This document shows, piece by piece, positions 32,792-37,892 of a stretch of 37,892 nt of DNA; the first letter of the stretch is position 1; every line of letters starts with the position of its first letter. Under the pieces are notes generated by a model. That model was not told the origin of the DNA. It ran no database searches and saw only the letters and a list, made by a program, of their open reading frames with translations. The position numbers and the translations under genes are program-made. Source of the DNA: Chiloscyllium plagiosum (lineage: Eukaryota); contig NC_057718.1 in NCBI RefSeq assembly GCF_004010195.1, forward strand, positions 56,707,857-56,745,748, read 5' to 3'.

Positions 32792-34305
32792 TGTAGCTGT
32801 ATTTATGGACATGGACAATAATGTCTGTTTTTTTTTGTTTTGTCTTGCTTTTATTTCTTGTACTTTCAATCTTTTCCCAAAGAAGTTGTTGTTGTTTTTT
32901 TTTCCTCTCCAAGCTGGAGTGGTTTTGATATATTATGGGGGGTTGGCTGAGTGCTCACTGTTTTTATACCTTTGTGTTTACAATGTCCTTTGTTTGGTTT
33001 CTTCCACTGGTTGGGTTTGGGGTGCTGTTCGAGCAGCAAGTGGGAATGTGGGTCTGTGTGGGAAATGTAAGCGCCCTCTGTGGGCAGGGGGCAGAGTCCA
33101 CCATTAAGTGCTTTTTGTGTTTGTTTGTTTTTGGTTTTTTGTAAACTGAATCTGTGAGTCTCCTTTTGATTATGCTCAGCATGTTGGGAGACGAATTTTT
33201 CCTTTCGGCAGATCAAAGGTGATTGTAAAGGATTGTTAGCAGCATTCTTAAATGGTGCACCTGGAATAACAGAGAAATTATTTCGGCAATTAAAAGAAAA
33301 AAGGTGTTGTTGAGCCTTAGAAAGGAGAGGGTTGATGTGATACAGGAGACTCATCTTAATGACAAGGAACACTTGAAGTTACAGTAGGGTGGGTTTGATT
33401 GGGGTTTTTCTCATCTTTCACTACTAGGAGCAGGGGAGTGGCAATACTTGTCCTGAAGGGTCTCCCATTTAATAGATTGCATTAAAGACGAGTATGGTCG
33501 GTTTGTTACTTTTAAGGCCCTTATATATGGTGAGGAATAGGGTATTTTGAACGTCTATTGTCCTCTGGCCCACCCTCTTAAATTTCTGACTGATGCACTA
33601 TCTAAGCTGATGGCCTAGGCCTCGCGGCATATTATTATTTCTGTGTGGAACATGGGTTGGTAGATGTTTGGAGAAGTTTACACTTTACGGGCAGATATTT
33701 TATGTTTTTTTCCAATCCTCATGAATACCACACAAGGATTGATTATTTCCTAACTCATGCAGCTTTTTTAGATTTGGTGGTATCCTATTTGATTGGGAAT
33801 ATTGCCATCTCTGATCATGCAGTGGTGTATTTATGGTTAAGATTAAGGGTGTTGCAATGGGCTCACGGTACTGGTGAATGGATCCCTTCATCCTCAAGAA
33901 CAGCAAGTTTGTAGAATACTTTAGGGAATTTGAAGCTTTTTTTGGCCACCAACTCAGGTACAGCTACTAAACCGTCCATTCTTTGGGAGCCTGCTAAGGC
34001 ATATGGTAGAAGGATAATTAGCTTATTCTCTGCCAGCCAGAAACAACAGAAGGGAGAGCAGCGTCTGCTTAAGGCACGACTGAAGGCAGCTGAGATGGCA
34101 TATTACAGTGGACTGTCAGTGACTAAGCTGCAGCGAATCATAGCTCTGTGATCCGTCTTAAACTCCATGCTAACGCGTACAGCAAGGAAGGAACTTTCCT
34201 TTGCGAAGCAGAGACTGAGCATGGTGATAGGCTGGGTAAGTACTTGGCATATTTGGTCAGGAAGAAGAATGCCTCCCATCCTTTGCTTCTATTAGGGAAA
34301 GGAAT

Positions 34306-34613
34306 TAGATTAGATTAGATTACTTACAGTGTGGAAACAGGCCCTTCGGCCCAACAAGTCCACACCGCCCCGCCGAAGCGCAACCCACCCATACCCCTAC
34401 ATTTACCCCTTACCTTACACTACGGGCAATTTCGCATGGCCAATTCACCTGACCTGCACATCTTTGGACTATGGGAGGAAACCGGAGCACCCGGAGGAAA
34501 CCCACGCAGACACGGGGAGAATGTGCAAACTCCACACAGTCAGTCGCCTGAGGCGGGAATTGAACCCGGGTCTCTGGCGCTGTGAGGCAGCAGTGCTAAC
34601 CACTGTGCCACCC
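34306..34613 (-). mobile_element. HE1 SINE, young, inserted in L1 ORF2
   Basis: Nearly identical to 12331-12658. AAT is duplicated at 34303-34305 and 34614-34616, and removal restores SIRERNGTLTYD. Confidence 0.95.
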
Positions 34614-35637
34614 AATGGGACTCTTACTTATGATGCTAAAAAGATCAATGAGGCATTTCGGAGGTTTTACTCTGAACTTTACTAGTCTGAATGCTGTGAG
34701 GACAGATGGGATAAGATGGAGTCTTTCTTTTTAGGAACGTGGATCTTCTTGGTGTGTCTGCTGAACAGGCGTCTCTCTTTGGTGCTCCATTAACAGCACA
34801 AGATACAGGAGGCGGTGAGGCAACGCTTGGCCCTAATGGCTTGCCCAGTGAATTTTATAAAGCATTTGTAAATATACTGTCAGGACTGATGCTGGACACG
34901 TATAAATATTTATATAATCGGGATTGCCTCCCACCATCCTTGAGAAGCTAATGTCTCTTTTTACCCTCAAGAAAAGAAAGACCCCAGAAGACTGTGCTTC
35001 TTACAGACCCATCTCGCTTTTAAACTCTGACTTTAAAATTTTATCAAAGACTCTGGCATTGAGGTTGGAAAGGGTGTTGCCTTCTATTGTTAAGGAGGAT
35101 CAGATGGGCTTTATAAAGGGTCGCGGATCTTTTAATAATGTTAGGAGACTGCTTATCATGATTCAAGTGTGCCAGCAATGGTCAGTTCAAGAGTTGGTGG
35201 TTTCCTTGGATGCGGAGAAGGCATTTGACCGGGTGGAATGGCCATCTTGTTTTTATACCCTGGAGCGGTTTGGCCTGGGTGAAGTGTTTCCTAGACAGAT
35301 AAGAGCCTTTTACACTGATCCTCTGGTGGCAGTTTTCACTAATGATATAAGGTCTGATAATTTAACATTAGTAAGGGTAGTCAGCAAGGCTGTCCCCTCT
35401 CACCTTTGCTCCTCACATTGGTGATTGAACTGCTGGCAGAGGCCATTCATGGGGACCCTAATATAGCTGCCCCAAAAGTAGGATCGAAGGTGCATAGGAT
35501 CACATTAAATGCAGATGATGCTCTCATTTTCCTTTTGAAAGCGGCAGTTTCCATACACTATTTGACACAACATATTAATTCATTTGGCTGTTTCTCAGGT
35601 TACAAGATCAACTTTTCAAATTTGGAGGCTATGCTTT

Positions 35638-35658
35638 GGGGGGGGGGGGGGGGGGGGG
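35638..35658 (+). repeat. G21 homopolymer
   Basis: 21 consecutive G inside the L1 RT. Confidence 0.95.
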
Positions 35659-37333
35659 AAAGAGTCCTCGGGGAATATTGGACGTTGAAGGTGGGATCCC
35701 CTTTAAATGGGTACAGGGTGGCTTTCTTTATTTGGGCCTCTCTGTTACTCCTAGTTTTGATCAGTTATTCAAGGCTAATTTTGTCCATTTGTTTGACAAG
35801 ATTAAACAAGACCATCTAAGCTAGGGGGGTCCTTCCAATATTAGGTTAGGTCGAGTTGCTCTTATTAAAATGAATGTTCTTCCTCCCTTATTTTACCCTG
35901 TGCGGATGTTCCCTTGCTTTTTCCTAGACAAACCTTTCGGAAATTAAATGGCTGGCCATAAGTGGCCCCTTATCAGGCTTATGAAATTGCAAATATCTCT
36001 GGGTTGGGAGGAGTGGATCTCCTGGACGCCAGAAGATATCAATTGAGCTCCCTTCTATCTTTTGGGAGTGATTGGGCCTGTGAGGACTCGGCGTCGATAT
36101 GGTTGGACATTAAGGCCTCCCAGGCAAAGTGTCCTCTTATTAACCTGTTGTTTCTGGACAAGATGAGAATAGTTGTGGAATATTGCCACAATCCAATAGT
36201 TAGTAATACTATCAAAGCATGTAGGGCAATGAAACAGATGAAGGGTAATAATGTCTAAAACATCTTTCCATACACACATTGTTGATATGCCAGTTTTCCG
36301 GGCAGAAACAATGGATCCCAGGTTTAAGTCCTGGGCTGGCAGGGGAGTCTCTTGTTTGACTGACCTTTTTGAAGATGAAATGTTAATGTCATTTGATCAA
36401 ATAACTCATAAGTATGGATTATCGACAGGGACCTTTTCAGATCAGAGACTTTATCCGAAAAGAAACTACACCTCTGACTGAGGATTATAGATCTGATATG
36501 GAAAAGAAGGTGCTTCAGGCTAAGACCACTCTTTCGGTGAGTACTCTCTATCATTTATTGGGGAGAGGTTCCTCAGGTGACATCGAGTGATTACAGGAGG
36601 TCTGGGAGAGCGAGTTCGGGGTGGAGATCACTCAGGAAATTTGGGAGGACACTTGTGAGAATGCAAGGAAGATTTAAATACGTAACAGGACCCATGCTAT
36701 GCAGTTAAAGATTCTTCATAGGGCTCACCTGGCCCCCAGATTGTCTTGCAAAATTTAGGCAGGATGCATTTTTAATGTGGCCAAAGTGTCAAATAAATGC
36801 AGGTACCCTTACTCATGGTTTGTGGTCCTGCCACAGGCTCCATACATACTGGAGCGCTGTGGCAGAAGTAATAGAGAGGGTCTTGGGAATCGAAGTCAAG
36901 ATAGACCTAGTTTCTCTTCTCCTGGGTTTGCCAAATTCATCTCCCTTAGATGTACATGGGAGAAAGCTTTTTAGCATCCTCACTTTTTGTGCGAGGAAGA
37001 ACATTCTGATATGCTGGGTGTTTAAGAACTCCCCCCCCCAGGTCTGTCGGAGTAGCATAATTATGGAACACATTCCAAATTTTTTAATTATTTGGAAGCA
37101 GATCTGTCCGCCATTTTAATTAGGGCTTTTGTCTAGCCATGGTGGTTTAGTTTAATAAGCCCAATGTCCTGAGGAAGAATTTCGAGCAATCATGGATTTA
37201 ATAATTAATGCTCTCGAAGGTTGAGGTTTGTGGTCTTTTTACGTTGAGCAGCGTTGTTTAGTTATTTATTTATTTATTGATGTGTACTGAGCGTAGTTGT
37301 GAGTTCTTTTGTAGAGTAGTATAGCAGTTGGTT

Positions 37334-37892
37334 TAGAACATAGAACATAGCAGGGCATTCCATGAACTCACGACTCGCTGAGTAAAGAATCTACCCCTAA
37401 CATCTGTCCTATACCTACCCCCCCTTAATTTAAAGCTATGCCCCCTTGTAATAGCTGACTCCATACGTGGAAAAAGATTCTCACTGTCGACCCTATCTAA
37501 ACCCCTAATCATCTTGTACACCTCTATCAAGTCACCCCTAAACCTTCTTTTCTCCAATGAAAACAGCCCCAAGTGCCTCAGCCTTTCCTCATACGATCTT
37601 CCTACCATACCAGGCAACATCCTGGTAAACCTCCTCTGCACCCGTTCCAGTGCCTCCACATCCTTCCTATAGTATGGCGACCAAAACTGCACACAATACT
37701 CCAGATGCGGCCGCACCAGAGTCTTATACAACTGCAACATGACCTCAGTACTCCGGAACTCAATTCCTCTACCAATAAAAGCCAGTACGCCATATGCCTT
37801 CTTCACAGCACTATTTACCTGGGTGGCAACTTTCAAAGATCTGTGTACATGGACACCAAGATCCCTCTGCTCATCCACACTACCAAGTACCC
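37334..37892 (-). mobile_element. Young CR1 LINE 3' fragment, running off the window
   Basis: Uninterrupted 181-aa ORF 37333..37878 (QRDLGV...LEYCVQFWSP...SWNAL) ending in a (ctatgtt)n tail. Confidence 0.95.

Larger units (their letters stand above)
33240..37119 (+). pseudogene. L1 ORF2p (APE-RT-CCHC), disrupted
   Basis: TWN, QETHL, SRGVAIL, RIDYFL, ISDHA, YRPISLLNSDFKIL, SLDAEKAFDRVEW, NADD (35508-35519) and PKC...TLTHGLWSC. Confidence 0.9.
31790..37333 (+). mobile_element. Near full-length decayed L1-clade LINE, antisense to CCDC88A
   Basis: 5' ttcaagatggcagc, then ORF1, a spacer, ORF2 (APE, RT, CCHC) and a GT-rich 3' UTR. Confidence 0.92.

Noticed and set aside
1..37892. CRISPR array, operon or prokaryotic defence system
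   Set aside because: Vertebrate intronic DNA with spliced exons. There is no regularly spaced repeat-spacer array and no prokaryotic gene.

Overview
Eukaryotic genomic DNA, almost certainly from a shark: HE1 SINEs and HER1/CR1 LINEs point to an elasmobranch, possibly a bamboo or epaulette shark (inference). The only host gene is CCDC88A (Girdin/GIV) on the minus strand. Five internal coding exons (28610-28465, 19555-19463, 19177-18969, 17157-17074, 6730-6530) splice in frame through GT-AG introns. They encode the end of the coiled coil, the basic lipid-binding stretch, the Akt site and the start of the C-terminal region. The rest is intron, mostly nested and decayed transposons: many CR1 fragments, seven HE1 SINEs plus one partial copy, a Deu-domain SINE, an RTE fragment, a near full-length decayed L1, Harbinger-like and Tc2-like DNA transposon remnants, and many Penelope-like element (PLE) pieces. 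The most notable non-genic structure is a set of fold-back PLE remnants from three or four families. Each carries a minimal hammerhead-ribozyme motif (CUGANGA-A-stem II-GAAA-palindrome), and several have target-site duplications. One is a 289-bp-arm hairpin about 1 kb upstream of an exon. PLE hammerheads are a known class, and I see no firm evidence of a wholly new system. Repeat families were assigned by recognition from memory, and repeat boundaries are approximate.
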